Shown here: piece by piece, positions 36,950 through 48,900 of the stretch
Numbering within the stretch: position 1 is the first letter of the stretch
Layout of the letters: every line of letters starts with the position of its first letter
Assembly (NCBI GenBank): GCA_047495785.1
Contig: JBLDXI010000029.1
Span: 930,001 to 994,000 of the forward strand
Direction of reading: 5' to 3'
From: Lepidodermella squamata
Taxonomy: Eukaryota; Animalia; Gastrotricha
Length of the DNA stretch: 64,000 nt
Translations under genes and position numbers: made by a program
Notes under the pieces: generated by a model
What the model was told of the DNA's origin: nothing
Seen by the model: the letters and a program-made list of their open reading frames with translations, nothing else
Database searches by the model: none

Positions 36950-38443
36950 ATGCATGGAACAATTACTTCGCGATTTCAACCTATCGATTTAGCAACTGAA
37001 TCAGCTTATGCAGACTACCTGATCGCAAACGCTAAATGTGACCCCGTTAAATTTATCGACGTGAGCCGCTGTGTTCTATTCGACACGCCCTTCGTCGGAA
37101 GCCTTCTTAGCAATCATTTGGAAGATTCTGTCCGGAGACATCAAAAGCCTGACGTGCAAGCCGTCGTTAATCGGAACAACGCATTACCGTTGATCTGCGC
37201 GGCGGAGAAGACGGCCCATGTTGTCATGTCTTTCTACGCTCTGGAAGAAGGCTATTCAATATCTTTAAGGAACAAAGATGGCAAATGGGTCGAGTCTATT
37301 CGAATACCATATGCACATTCTGAAGTCATGTTCTCAATTGATCGCGGAGTGTTTCCTCCGGAGCTGAGCGAGCTTCTTCAATCTGTGAACCCTCCGATTG
37401 TGAGAAACGGCCATTTAGTTGTTGAATTGAGAGATTACCGACCGCCAGTTACAAGCACTGAGTTTTCTTATGACAGATCTTATCACTTATTATCGACAAC
37501 TTGTTCAACTGCTTCTTCATCTGGTACAACAGATAAGCAATTGATCAACGCTATTTGTTGTGATCCTCGACCTGCAGTCTTTCTCGTACGATCTGCATTT
37601 GCTAGAAATTCGAAACAAATATACAGCCCGAAACTTACTACGATTCTCAAGAAGAAATTCAGAAATTCGTTGCGAAGGATATCACCTCCAATCGAAGCGT
37701 CTAGTCGCTCTCTTTTCTCAGTTTTTAATCCGTTGAAAAGCCCGAGCTGTTCTAGAACGGTCAAATACGAGCCATCTTCTTCTAATTTATTATCTACGCT
37801 CCTTGACCAACATTCTTTGCGCTTTCCGACCGACAACATGTTCATGCCTTATAACCAACCAGGGTCTATGATCAAGATAACAAAATCGCCAGCTGAAGTT
37901 ATGGTTGATGAAATCGTATTGAAACAACTTTATCTCGCCGTGCAATCGACATCTCAACCCACTTTGAACGAACGATTCATCCGAGTTCGAGTTTATTATT
38001 CACCAATGGTTGGAGTTTTCAGTATTCAACTCGACTTCGCAGCTGCCCTAGCGAAAGCGTTATTAATGACCGAAGAAAATCGGTCGATGGAACGGCCTCG
38101 TTTGGGTACTCAAGGCGACGTTCTGGCCTATTTAAAGCAATACGTCGCTCTTTTAGCCGTCGAAGGCGGTGGTAAGGTCGAAGTGGTCCATTACAAACAA
38201 GTCAATAAGCAGTATGGTCTTGCCCTTGACCGGCATGGACTTCGAGCATTCGACCAAACGGCTGGAAATAACAAGTCAATAAATGCAATCAATCCGCAAG
38301 TTGAAGCCATTGAAGAACCAAGGCCTGGCTCTGGCTGTGGTGGCGATGGCCCGAGTACCCCATCGAGTTGTTTGCCTGCGAATACGGGTCTAACCCCGCA
38401 TAATTTAATAGTCGACCAACCGCCCTGTGAAAATGATCAATAG
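36950..38443 (+). CDS. SUPT20H: SAGA complex subunit SPT20 homolog (divergent)
   Basis: EGYSISLRNKDG...ESIRIPY...FPPELSELL...GHLVVELRDYR matches the Spt20 domain pattern. Confidence 0.75.
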   Translation: MHGTITSRFQPIDLATESAYADYLIANAKCDPVKFIDVSRCVLFDTPFVGSLLSNHLEDSVRRHQKPDVQAVVNRNNALPLICAAEKTAHVVMSFYALEEGYSISLRNKDGKWVESIRIPYAHSEVMFSIDRGVFPPELSELLQSVNPPIVRNGHLVVELRDYRPPVTSTEFSYDRSYHLLSTTCSTASSSGTTDKQLINAICCDPRPAVFLVRSAFARNSKQIYSPKLTTILKKKFRNSLRRISPPIEASSRSLFSVFNPLKSPSCSRTVKYEPSSSNLLSTLLDQHSLRFPTDNMFMPYNQPGSMIKITKSPAEVMVDEIVLKQLYLAVQSTSQPTLNERFIRVRVYYSPMVGVFSIQLDFAAALAKALLMTEENRSMERPRLGTQGDVLAYLKQYVALLAVEGGGKVEVVHYKQVNKQYGLALDRHGLRAFDQTAGNNKSINAINPQVEAIEEPRPGSGCGGDGPSTPSSCLPANTGLTPHNLIVDQPPCENDQ

Positions 38444-38755
38444 CGCTCAATTTTTAGTCGCAATTTTACCATTTGAAATCGATTATTAATAAATTGAAAT
38501 TTTTGAAATTGCGAATGAAAAATTGTGTGTTATGTTGCTGTAAAATTAATCATGAAGTGCTTATTATTGCTGCCGCTCTAAGTCTCCATTTTTGTCTCAA
38601 TTTTTACACACATACACAACGAAAATGATGTTCCGATTTTGTGTCGTTTATCTCTGATATTTTTTGTACATTGGTTCGTTTATAAAACGCGAAGAGTTTA
38701 TTCTATTGTTTTTTTCTAGTGATTTATTTCAAGTTTTTGTTTGCAACGAATCACA

Positions 38756-38942
38756 ATGATCACGGATCAGCAGCTAGCCGTTTTTGCGAATCTGCTCGGC
38801 GTCCTTCTGTTCGTCCTCTGCGTTTTCTATCACTACGTGGCTGCGATGAACCCGAAAGCGCAAAATGCGGCGAATAAGGGTGAGAAATTACTGGGAAAAA
38901 TTAATTTTAAAACATATTTTTTTTTAATTTTTAGAAAACTAA
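38756..38942 (+). CDS. OST4: Oligosaccharyltransferase subunit 4 (2 exons)
   Basis: [34 protein letters not shown]; intron approx. 38880-38934. Confidence 0.93.
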
Positions 38943-39482
38943 GTGCAATCATGTTCTACTCGTACGGTCTTTTTTTGACTATCTATTACCGCCGAAAATT
39001 GATGATGTGACAACAAAGTGAACACTAAGTCGCGTTAAAACGCATCTGCATTATTATTGTAATTAATGTTATTATTTAATTTGGCTGCTTTCCATATGTG
39101 ATGTGTTGCTGCATGTGAAAGAAACAACAAGGTGATCGAAAGAGGCCAATGAATTTTTGTGACTGGTCGTCGTTTAATCTCGAAGAGATCGACTGCCTCC
39201 TCCTGAACTCTGCTGCGTTATAATAATTATGGTCGCATTCCTCATCTTTCGTTATACATTATAATAATATAAAGCGGAGACGTGAAAAATTAGTCGAAAA
39301 TAAAAAGTTGGCGTTTGGGTTTTAGCTAAAAATGCAGCAGAGCTTTTTGAAAGCGGTTAATTCATAACTTATTCATTGGATCGATTTTTCCTGCTTCAAT
39401 ACCCCTGCTATTGAGGGTGTGCTACGAGTAACAAGCTGCAGTAGTCAGGCACGCAACGTGTTTTTTCACAATAGTAGTAAAA

Positions 39483-42400
39483 ATGAACGAGCAAGAATTT
39501 GTAGCAAATACCGAAGCAAATGAGTTAATTCCGATTTTCATCAGCTACCGATGGAATGAAACGAAGGAGGACGTCCGAAATATTGCTCAATATTTAAAGT
39601 CTCTCGACCGATTCAATGTATGGATAGATACCGAGGAAATGTATGGCGATAAAAATGAGCGAATGGAAGAGGTAAATTTAGCACATTTTACGCGGCGATA
39701 AAATTCGTGATTTCGTTTTCTATGGCAACGTATTTTTTCAAACTCTTCTATCATCGAGCGATTCAAGCAAGCTAAAATGGCATTCCTATATAGATTTCGG
39801 AAAAGTATAAATTCTCTAGATATTATCCCAGTAGAATTCCACATCAAAATTGAGGTATCCCCGCATTTTCCCAATTAATTTTTTTGAATTAGAAATCAAG
39901 TGCATACCGATTCGGGAAAACCGTTGCAAATGAATTATGAGGACTTATTTTTAGATTTTATTCTAGCCTTGACTAAATTACCCAACGATGTTCACTCAAA
40001 ATTTCAATTTGACAGACCTAAACTTGATGTGTATTTAAAGGGCATAAGGCAAGCTCGCGTCGTGCTGATTTTTTTCAACGACGACTACCAACAAAGCCGT
40101 GACTGTCGAAAAGAGGCCGAATCAGCGGACAGGAACGGCAAGGACATCATTTTCATTAAAATGCAACGCTCCAAGTGCGCTTTCGTGCCGTGGTTTGCGC
40201 CTATAATCAGCAGCAATATTTTCATCGATTACTTCAAGTTCAAAGACCCGGCCGTTGAAATTGTCAAACACATCGATAAATTATTGCACAGCTATTCGAA
40301 AGCTTCACACAATACAAATCATTCTCATCACAAAGTTGCAGCAAGGTGATTAAAATTCCAGAAAAATGATGAAATAACCATTTTCCTTTCTTCAAGATTT
40401 ATAACCGTGAAAGTTCCGAAGTTCAGTAAGTACCAAAATCGTCCAGAAGATGAGCGAAATATTCTAGAAGCTATCAATTCATTGATCACTGATGCTGAAA
40501 ATCAAGGTAAATATTTTCTTGCTTTTAACTTCGGATTTTCCGCATTTTCGATATTTTTTAGGAGCGTTAGTAATTTGCAGCGGCGGCGGTACGGGGAAAA
40601 CAACCTTGGTTGCCCAATTAATTCAATCAAACAGTGATTACTTCCGAAATCACCGTCTCTTCAGCGCCGTAGTCTGGCTAAATTGCTTCAAATGGACCAG
40701 CCCTGAGGCATTTGATGAAGGCGAATTCGTGAAAGCCCTACTCGAACTGGCGGAGAAAGCTGGCGAATTTAGCGGGTCATTCAGCCTCGAGGACGTTAAT
40801 TCCCAGTTTGAACGTGCCGATGAACGGCTTTTAATCGTTCTTGATGACGTTTTCAATCCTTCACTCTTAGGTAAGATGAACAATTAATTTCTCATTTTTT
40901 AATTGTTTGAGTTTAAAAACTTTTTGAAATTTAATAAAAAATTCCATACGAGGCGGAAAATAACCCGAAAAAAACCGAAACCCCATTCGGTTTTTTCCGG
41001 TATAGTTTTAGAAAGTTTTTAAAACTTGAGTTTGAATATTGAAATTCTAAAATATTTGGTTAATATTGTCCGGAATTAGGTCAACATATGAATATTCCGG
41101 AATATGCCAAGATTTTGTGTAATTTTTGAATTTTTTTAGAAACGATTTTCCGAACCCAGCTCAATAATATTCACTGCCTCGCAATAACTCGCGACGTCGA
41201 TGAGCTGTCGAAAACACACGGCCTCGTCGCATCGACCTACCGTTTGAACGAACTCGACGACAGCGCAATAATTGACATGTTCAAAACCGCATACCGGCTA
41301 TCGGGAAAACTGAACCAAAACCAGCTATCAAACCTGGCTAAGCTCTGCAGCGGATTGCCGATTGTTGTCAGTTTAATCGCAGCCAGGTTTCAAGACTGTG
41401 AAACAAGCCGCGATTTTACGGCAGAATACGAGACGCTACTCGAAGAAGTTCGCATAAAAGACCTGAAAATTGCCGGTCCTTACGGCACGGTGTCGAAACT
41501 GTTCGCCTTCAGCCTCGAACAGCTCGATGAAAACAGCCGGCAAATGTACTACGCCTTCCTACTTTTCGACCCAGCCCAGCCGATTGACGTGGAAGATTTG
41601 ACGATTTTATGGAATTATTCGAACCAACACCGAGCGCTGGTTTTCTGCCGAAAACTGGCGAAAAAATCGCTGGCTAGACCTGTTGTATCGGCTAATACTG
41701 ACCTGTACCTTATCCACCAACTTCTCCACGAAGCGGCTGTAGATTGCGCGGTTAAAAGTCAGAAATTGGCGGCAAATTTGGCTGATTTGAGGTCGAAAAT
41801 AGCGGCGAGATTCGACGATAACGACCCATCTTCATCTTTGAGTCAAGTCCTAGCCGTCGCCATTAAAAACCAACGCCGGTTATTGGTTGAAACAATTTTC
41901 GGCCGCGTTGATTTAAAGCTGCTGATATCAGCTTGCCGGCAAAAAATCGACTCGATTCCGTTCTTGTTGTTTCTCTACGATTTTATATGGGCCGATAATG
42001 GCAAGGCGATAACGTTCGGGGTGAACCATTCCTATCGGCTGTTGGTTCGGCTGATTTCTAGGGTGGCTAAATCCGCTGCTGTTTCTGATGAGGACCTGTT
42101 GGATCTGCTAAAGGAGAGCGACGAAAATGGCAGCTGTTTGTTGCTTAGAATTTTCGAAGAACATTACGTACAGGTCAGGATAAACAACATTTTTTTAATT
42201 TGAGAACATTTATTTTCAATTTAATTAAAAGAATAATGAAATTTGAAAAATGCAAAGTTTTGGACAAATGATTCGGAAATTGTTACAGGAATACCTTCTG
42301 CCAATATTTTCTTTTTGAGAAATATTAATTTTCAATTGTTCAAATTGTTCAAATTTCTTCTCAAATTGTGTAGGCAATGAAATTTAAAAAATAATTTTTG

Positions 42401-43906
42401 AAAATATAAAAATTGATTTGGAATTTTTTTGTTTCAGGAATACTGGTCTGATCGATGGCAACTGGCTGATATTTTGAAGCCGCGCGGAATGTATCGCGTC
42501 TACAACCAGTTATCGTGGCTGAAAAGCATTAGAGAGTCGAAAACAACCTTCTCCGAACTGTTCCTAGCCGCTATCGACAACAACGTAGCCAAGGTCGAAA
42601 GTCTAGCAACTTCAAGCCCGGCTGAAATTAACGCAAAACACGGCGATGCCGGTGAAACTGCGCTTATGGCTGCGGCTCGGTTTGGCCACATCGAAGTTGT
42701 GAAAAAACTGGTCGAATTAAGCCCGGATAGTCCTTATATTGTGAGCAGCCGAGATGGGAGAAATGCCCTGGTTTTGGCGGCTTACAACGGCAACTTGGAA
42801 ACAACCGAATATCTTTTCGAAAAAACGAAAAATGTTGAAACTTTGGTGGATAAAAAAGGTTTCTGATTCAGTTCAATTTGAAAATTTTATTTGTTAAAAA
42901 TTAAAATTAAAATTAAAAATTAAAATTTGAAAATTAAAATTTGAAAATTAAAAATTAAAATTTGAAAATTTAAATTTAAAATTTAAAATTTGAATATAAA
43001 TTTTTAATTTTAGGTCGATCGCCCATGCTGCTAGCTTCTATGAATGGTAATTTTGAAGTGGCCAAGTTTCTACTTGGAAAACGGTTCGAATTCATTGACG
43101 ACCAAGACCACGATTGCCGAAGTCCTTTGATGGTCGCATGCCGATTCGGTCATTTTGATGTCGTTAAATTTTTTGTCGAATCCACCCTCGAGAAGCAAGA
43201 CGCGAAAAAACTAACTGAAATGATAACCTGCGTTGATAAGCACAAAATGGCCCCGTTGCATTTCGCAGCAGCCAATGGCCATATTGAAGTTACTGATTTT
43301 CTCATCAAAACTGCGAGAAAAATTGGGTTGGGACCGGAATTTCATCGAGCTGAGGACAATCGAGGCACTGATTGCTTCATGATGACGGCGAGACGGGGCC
43401 GAGTCGACGTCATTAATTACCTGTACTCAATCGACAATTCCTTCATTGTTCGCATGCAAAAAGATGCGAAAAACGCGTTGATGTTAGCGGCCGAACGGAA
43501 TCATGTCAATGTCGTTCAGTTCATCTATGAAAAGAACCCGAAAGTCTTGCAGGCTCTCGACGCTCAGAGCAATTCTGCGATAATGCTAGCGGCTAAATTC
43601 GGCCATTTAGACGCAGTTCAATTTCTATGCGAATCTGCTAGGAATGATGGCGTTTTCGGTGAGGATCTTGACTCGGCTTTGAAGGAAGTATTCGTCAAGC
43701 AGCGGAGTAAATTTAACGGCGATACAGCGCTGTTAATGGCGGCGAGACATGGTCACATTGAGGTTGTCAAGTATTTTGTTGAAAGGTTTCTAGACGTCAA
43801 CACTGGGGAATCTTGGAAGTTGCAGATCGTTAATGATGCATTAGCTGTTGCAACTCAGACTCAACAGCACCAAGTAGCTGCTTATTTGCAAACATTTATT
43901 AGCTGA
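39483..43906 (+). CDS. TIR - NB-ARC (STAND ATPase) - ankyrin repeat protein, 7 exons (approx. 39483-39671, 40041-40345, 40397-40506, 40562-40869, 41140-42173, 42438-42858, 43014-43906), about 1,080 aa
   Basis: TIR_2: IFISYRW...VWID...MEEGIRQARVVLIFFNDDYQQSRDCRKE. Walker A GGGGTGKTTL, Walker B LLIVLDDV, sensor LAITRD, CSGLPIVV (GLPL), IHQLLHE (MHD-like). About 9-10 ankyrin repeats (GETALMAAARFGHIEVVKKL). Confidence 0.88.
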
Positions 43907-44487
43907 TTTTCGTGGTGAAAATAAAGGTCATTTTAAATTGCTATGTACCAACGTTCAAAAGCGCATTCTGAACTTCTGAATAAGCAAAACTAGTTGGCCG
44001 AAAATTGATCTGGGCGCAAGTTGCAGTTCGATTTTTGCATCCTAAATTTAGGGGTGCGGATTTGCCAAAGGGACATATGTTTCGATTAAGAGTAGTAACA
44101 ATTAGTTCAACTGTTCGAAATGCATTTCAAGTTGGACGACACATTCATCTTTCATCCTTTTGTTCTCTCCGAGCCAGCAACTACGTTTCATGGCCTCGCC
44201 GTGCTAGGTCGGCCAGCCGGTGCGAAAAACTCAGCCGACAAATCGTTAGCTAGACGCTCAATTTGTTCTGCTAGCGTATTGATCTTGCTCGAAGTCAACC
44301 AAACACGATAGGCGGCAGCCCTAGCCGCTGCATCGCCCAACGGCGTGGCGGTAGTTGCCATTGCAGGGGCGGCTTGAGTTTGGCTTGAGTTTCGTTGGCC
44401 GGCGGAACCTGAGCAAATAATTTGCTCTCGTCGCGAACAAGTTGGAAGTGTTCCGCCAGCTAGAAACAAACTTCATTCTACCTCATT

Positions 44488-45735
44488 TCAGAGCTTATAA
44501 AATTTACCTGTGGTTGAGTTTTCCAAAGCTTTGATCAGCGAGTTAAGGGGTTCATGTTCAGATAAAAGTCCCAGAAACCGACAATGAACATTTCTATCGG
44601 CACCGAAATCAATTAGAAGTTTGGCAGCGACAGCTAAATATTCCTTTGGACAAGTCAGTGGTAGTAATTCTGAATCCATTCTCAAGATTTCGCACAGGGG
44701 TGAATTGAAATTCGGATCACTGCCATTTGCCAGTAGTTGAGCTACGACTGCCGGCATTTTAGGATCGCACATGAGACTTTTGTCGCCCCAATTGTTCACA
44801 GCGCAATACAAAGCATTTTGCTCTCTTCTTAAGCCAACATGAGCTCCGTTACGGAGTAGCACGGCGACATTATCTGGATTTGACACTGCCGCAGCGTTAC
44901 ACAATGGTGAACTTGAACGTACCGGAACGTAATGGATATCGGCACCTCGATCTAGTAAGTACTGGATTGTGGAACCATTGCCTTTCTTGAACCAGCTCGA
45001 CGGCTGATTACAGGCTGCCATTACCAATGGCGAACGTTCACTCCATGGATTTGGTTGATTAACGCTCACACCACGGTCGAGTAACAACTTGAGCGAACCG
45101 ATTGAGTTTGCCCCGGCGGCAATATGGATCGGGTTAAATTGAACACCATCGAGAGACGCGGGTAACGAGATATCAGCGCCTCTCTCGATTAAAAGGCGCA
45201 CTATGGGGACTAAATCAAGCCTAATTGCCGCGTTAAGAGCGGTCCATCCATATCTGTTTTGAGCGTTTATTTTAGCGCCGGCATTCAGCAACAACGCTGT
45301 AATTTCTAGACTTCGCTCGGCAGCTGCGATTAGTGGAGTAGTCGAAAAGCCATAATCGCCAACTTCCATCATTGCGCTGCCATTTTGCGTCGCATTAAGA
45401 ACGGCCGCAACTAAAGAAACATCCCCAAAGCTCGCCGCCAACCTTAGCACCGTTTCGCCTTTGTCGTTACGTATGACAGGACCTCTCAACGCACCAGCGT
45501 CGATGAGCAGTTTGGCAACAGCTGAGGCGTTGACACGTATTGCAATGTGAAGCGGCGTATCGCTATCGTCGTTTTGAGCGTTGATGACCGATAAATTGTT
45601 TACATTATTTGCTAGAATTCGCCTGGCTGCATTTGAATCATTGGCAGCCGCGGCGTCGTGTAGAGCAGTCTGATTAAGAGTCAGGCCAAAACCAAGCAGG
45701 GTCGCAACAACGCAAAGCCTCAACTCAAGTAACAT
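44488..45735 (-). CDS. Ankyrin-repeat protein with an N-terminal signal peptide, single coding exon
   Basis: MLLELRLCVVATLLGFGLT followed by about 10 ankyrin repeats (DTPLHIAI, TTPLIAAA, GWTALNAA, NPIHIAA); several N-X-S/T sequons. Confidence 0.85.
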   Translation of the reverse strand: MLLELRLCVVATLLGFGLTLNQTALHDAAAANDSNAARRILANNVNNLSVINAQNDDSDTPLHIAIRVNASAVAKLLIDAGALRGPVIRNDKGETVLRLAASFGDVSLVAAVLNATQNGSAMMEVGDYGFSTTPLIAAAERSLEITALLLNAGAKINAQNRYGWTALNAAIRLDLVPIVRLLIERGADISLPASLDGVQFNPIHIAAGANSIGSLKLLLDRGVSVNQPNPWSERSPLVMAACNQPSSWFKKGNGSTIQYLLDRGADIHYVPVRSSSPLCNAAAVSNPDNVAVLLRNGAHVGLRREQNALYCAVNNWGDKSLMCDPKMPAVVAQLLANGSDPNFNSPLCEILRMDSELLPLTCPKEYLAVAAKLLIDFGADRNVHCRFLGLLSEHEPLNSLIKALENSTTGKFYKL

Positions 45736-45992
45736 GTTCTAAAAATAATAGAAGTCTTGTCAGAAAATATTTCACTCAAAAGACCCAGCAGAAAATAAAT
45801 TTGCTAATAATTTGTCCAGTTTGGAGTTCGCTTATGGAATACATTGGGCGTTGGAATATATGATCGATGGGTAAAAGACTCTTAAGAATGTTGAAAATTA
45901 CCAGCATTTCTAGATAACGCACTATGAACAGAAATTCTCAAGATTTAAATTTGTGTGAAATTTCTTTGGACAGGTTTTACGATAATGTTCGG

Positions 45993-48900
45993 TCATAAGT
46001 CCTCTCCTCGTAGACTTCTGATAAGATATTCCGCCACGGAGACAGCTGTCTCAATAGAATCTGACGCTTTAGATGGCACCATCGGAGTATTTCGTTTCGG
46101 AGGTTTGCTAACTTCTGCTTGCTCCACGTTAGCGGTTGATTGCCTTGCCAATTGCAGCTGTTTGGCGATGCTGGAATCTTCTATGCAAGGAACTACAGTA
46201 GCATTCCATTTATTCTCCGATGTGCACTTGAGTGGGATGACATTCGGGGCATCACCGGACACAGTGCTGCTAAATTTAAATCCGAAGGCACAGCGAGCGT
46301 AAACAGTTGAGTTAACATTGTAACCATCGACGACGATAAACAACAAATTGTCGGGTGGTTTCGTGACCAGGGTCGAATTTGCGCAAGATTGAACTCGGCG
46401 ACATCTAGGAACGTTAGGCGGAACCCAGGAACCATTCTGACAACTTTGCGTCGTGTTGGAGCCAATCATTTGGAAGCCGTCATCGCATTCGTATATTATC
46501 ATGGGAAGAGCTCTCTTCATAGGCGAAAGTTGAAGCCGATAACGCCCGTTAGTGATATTTCGAGGTTCAGTGCAGTTTAAATCGAGTTTCCCACGATCTT
46601 TTTCTAAATTTGCAATGGTTTGGAAATGTTGTTGCGCTTCTAGCGTTTGTTTAGCTACAGCCGCTGAACCTTTTGACGCCATATAGTCCATCAGACAAGC
46701 TTCGGAATTTCCACAAACTTCACGCGCAGCATTGCTGGCATTGGCTACATCGAAATGTGCCCTGACCGAGGTCAGTTCAGAAAAAACGTAATCCGAAAAT
46801 GTTGTGTTGTCGTAGTAGAGAAAAGACTCGTTTTCACTCTTGATCGACCAAACTCGAGCTAAGATCCGAGTTTTCGAGCTAGGCAATAGATGCCTGGTGT
46901 TGAGAACCGTACCGTTTCCATAAGTCATGTCATCCTTCGGATTGCCGTTAAAATTGCCCATCAGGCCGTCCATTGCCCCATTGCGTAACCTAGCACCGCC
47001 TGTCCTGCCACCTGTTGACATCATAAACTGTAACGTGTTAAAATAGCCTTTTGTTGCATCGATTGTCAGTGCGGACGATTCGATAGTTATACGGATAGCC
47101 GTTCCGCTCGAAGAAACATAGGCACCGGGTAACTGCTTGCCGTAGCGCATCGCTACGCGGTCGTTGTTCAGATAAACCTGAAGTATGCCGCTGGTTTTAT
47201 TAGCAGCAACGTGGACAACTTGAGTGTTGTTTTCTTGGTCTCGAAATCGGACGGCAAAGGCAGTAGTCCAGGTGGCGTCGGGCCATTCTCGTATAGGGGC
47301 TTCCATACGAGCCTGAATGGCTAGACCGTTAGGGTCATCTGTTCTCAACAACCAGTACTCGCCTACGGCCATGAAAGGAAAACTTAGGCCATCAAAAGTT
47401 GATATATGCGGGTCGCCGATGATTTGGCTCCAATAATAAGGTTCAATTTCAGATACCGCTCCCATCAGGATCCCTCCGGTCCCACCGATCCCTCCGGTCC
47501 CACCGATCCCACCGATCCAACCAGGCGAATAAACTGGATGATCCTGTTTGGTTAAAAAAGAAACTTGAATTGATCTGAACACAATTAATCTCAAACCGAA
47601 CCTTGAAAAAAACACAAGCCATATAGGCAGCGATCGAAATCCATAGGCTTGCCGCACTCTTAGCAGAAGAAACGGTAGCAACTACTCCTGCTAAATCAAG
47701 GAAAACCGCAGACGCCGATGCAGCAGCAACGGCAGACGCTGATGCAGCAGCAACGGCTGGCGTAGCGAGAAGAAGAGCGATACCTCCGAGAGCTAGACCG
47801 AGAAATTCTAGGGCCATCCAAGCTCGTTCCTGAGGACACGAGGGAATTAATTTTGAAAAACTTTTCGTCTTTCGCTTCTCAGTTATTCGTATTTCATCAT
47901 GTGCGCTGATGTAGGTTGAAGGTGCCCAGATAGTTACATCTCTAATATATTTACCGACTTCGGATTTCGGATTGACTAATTTGCCAAATATCCATCCCGC
48001 TCCAGCCAATGTTGCATCTTTATAAAGTTTCTCTTTTCGGTCGTCACATGCCATGTTGGCATATGGCTCGCAAGGAGTCATCGCTGTTGTGACTCCGTCG
48101 ATAACGTCACTTGCCCACTTGCCCAACACGTCACTTGCGACAGAACGCCGGCGCCGATCGACGCGTAAGGGGGCGCCGACAGCCTCTAGGACGGAATCTT
48201 CTTGAAGGAGATACTCGTCGTAGAGACGATACATTTCATTCTTTTGCTCCTCCAGGGAGTCGAGTACGTCGCCGAGGGTGACCTGAACTTTGCCGGGACC
48301 AGGCTGCCAGGCTGGCCAATTGCGCGTCATAATGATTTTTTGGAATTCTTGTTGCATTTCTTTCATATCTAGGACAAGGAGTGATTTTTTTAGCAAGGTA
48401 AGAATCGCTTATTCTGGGACAACACGAATATACATCCGCTAGACTGTATCTATCTAGTATATATTCCCATTATAGAAAAGAAAGTATGATGGATGAAATG
48501 GACAATGAATTCTAGGGAAAATGTTTGGAATTCTAGGTAATTTAAATAAAATAGAGACTCACCCATCAGAAGGCGACATTTTGGTACGTCCCCAAGCCAT
48601 ATTCCATTCGAGCAGATTCGAGTTACCGATGGGATAACAATATCATACTCATCGCCGTTTGATGCAATCACTCGGCAGTTGGTTTGGTTGGCGGCGTCGC
48701 AAGCTGACATCTCACAAGTTGGATTAAAACAGCGATACACCACCTTGGTATCATGAGAAACCTCCGAGCCAGGATATACATCACTTGGGAACTCGATATA
48801 GCCTAGATCAGGCCCATCGGGAACCAAACATGTCTTTTTCGGAGTTCTAACGGTTTCAGTGATAGATCTGCGTGTTGTCGTAGTGGAACTAGCTGGAACC

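Noticed and set aside
42895-43005. AAATTAA/AAATTTG tandem tract (also approx. 12950-13040)
   Set aside because: Ordinary low-complexity intronic sequence.
48397-48450. Two in-frame stops suggesting the NIDO/VWD gene is a pseudogene or uses a variant code
   Set aside because: They fall inside the intron when the ctccttgtcctAG acceptor at 48369 is used, which restores the frame.
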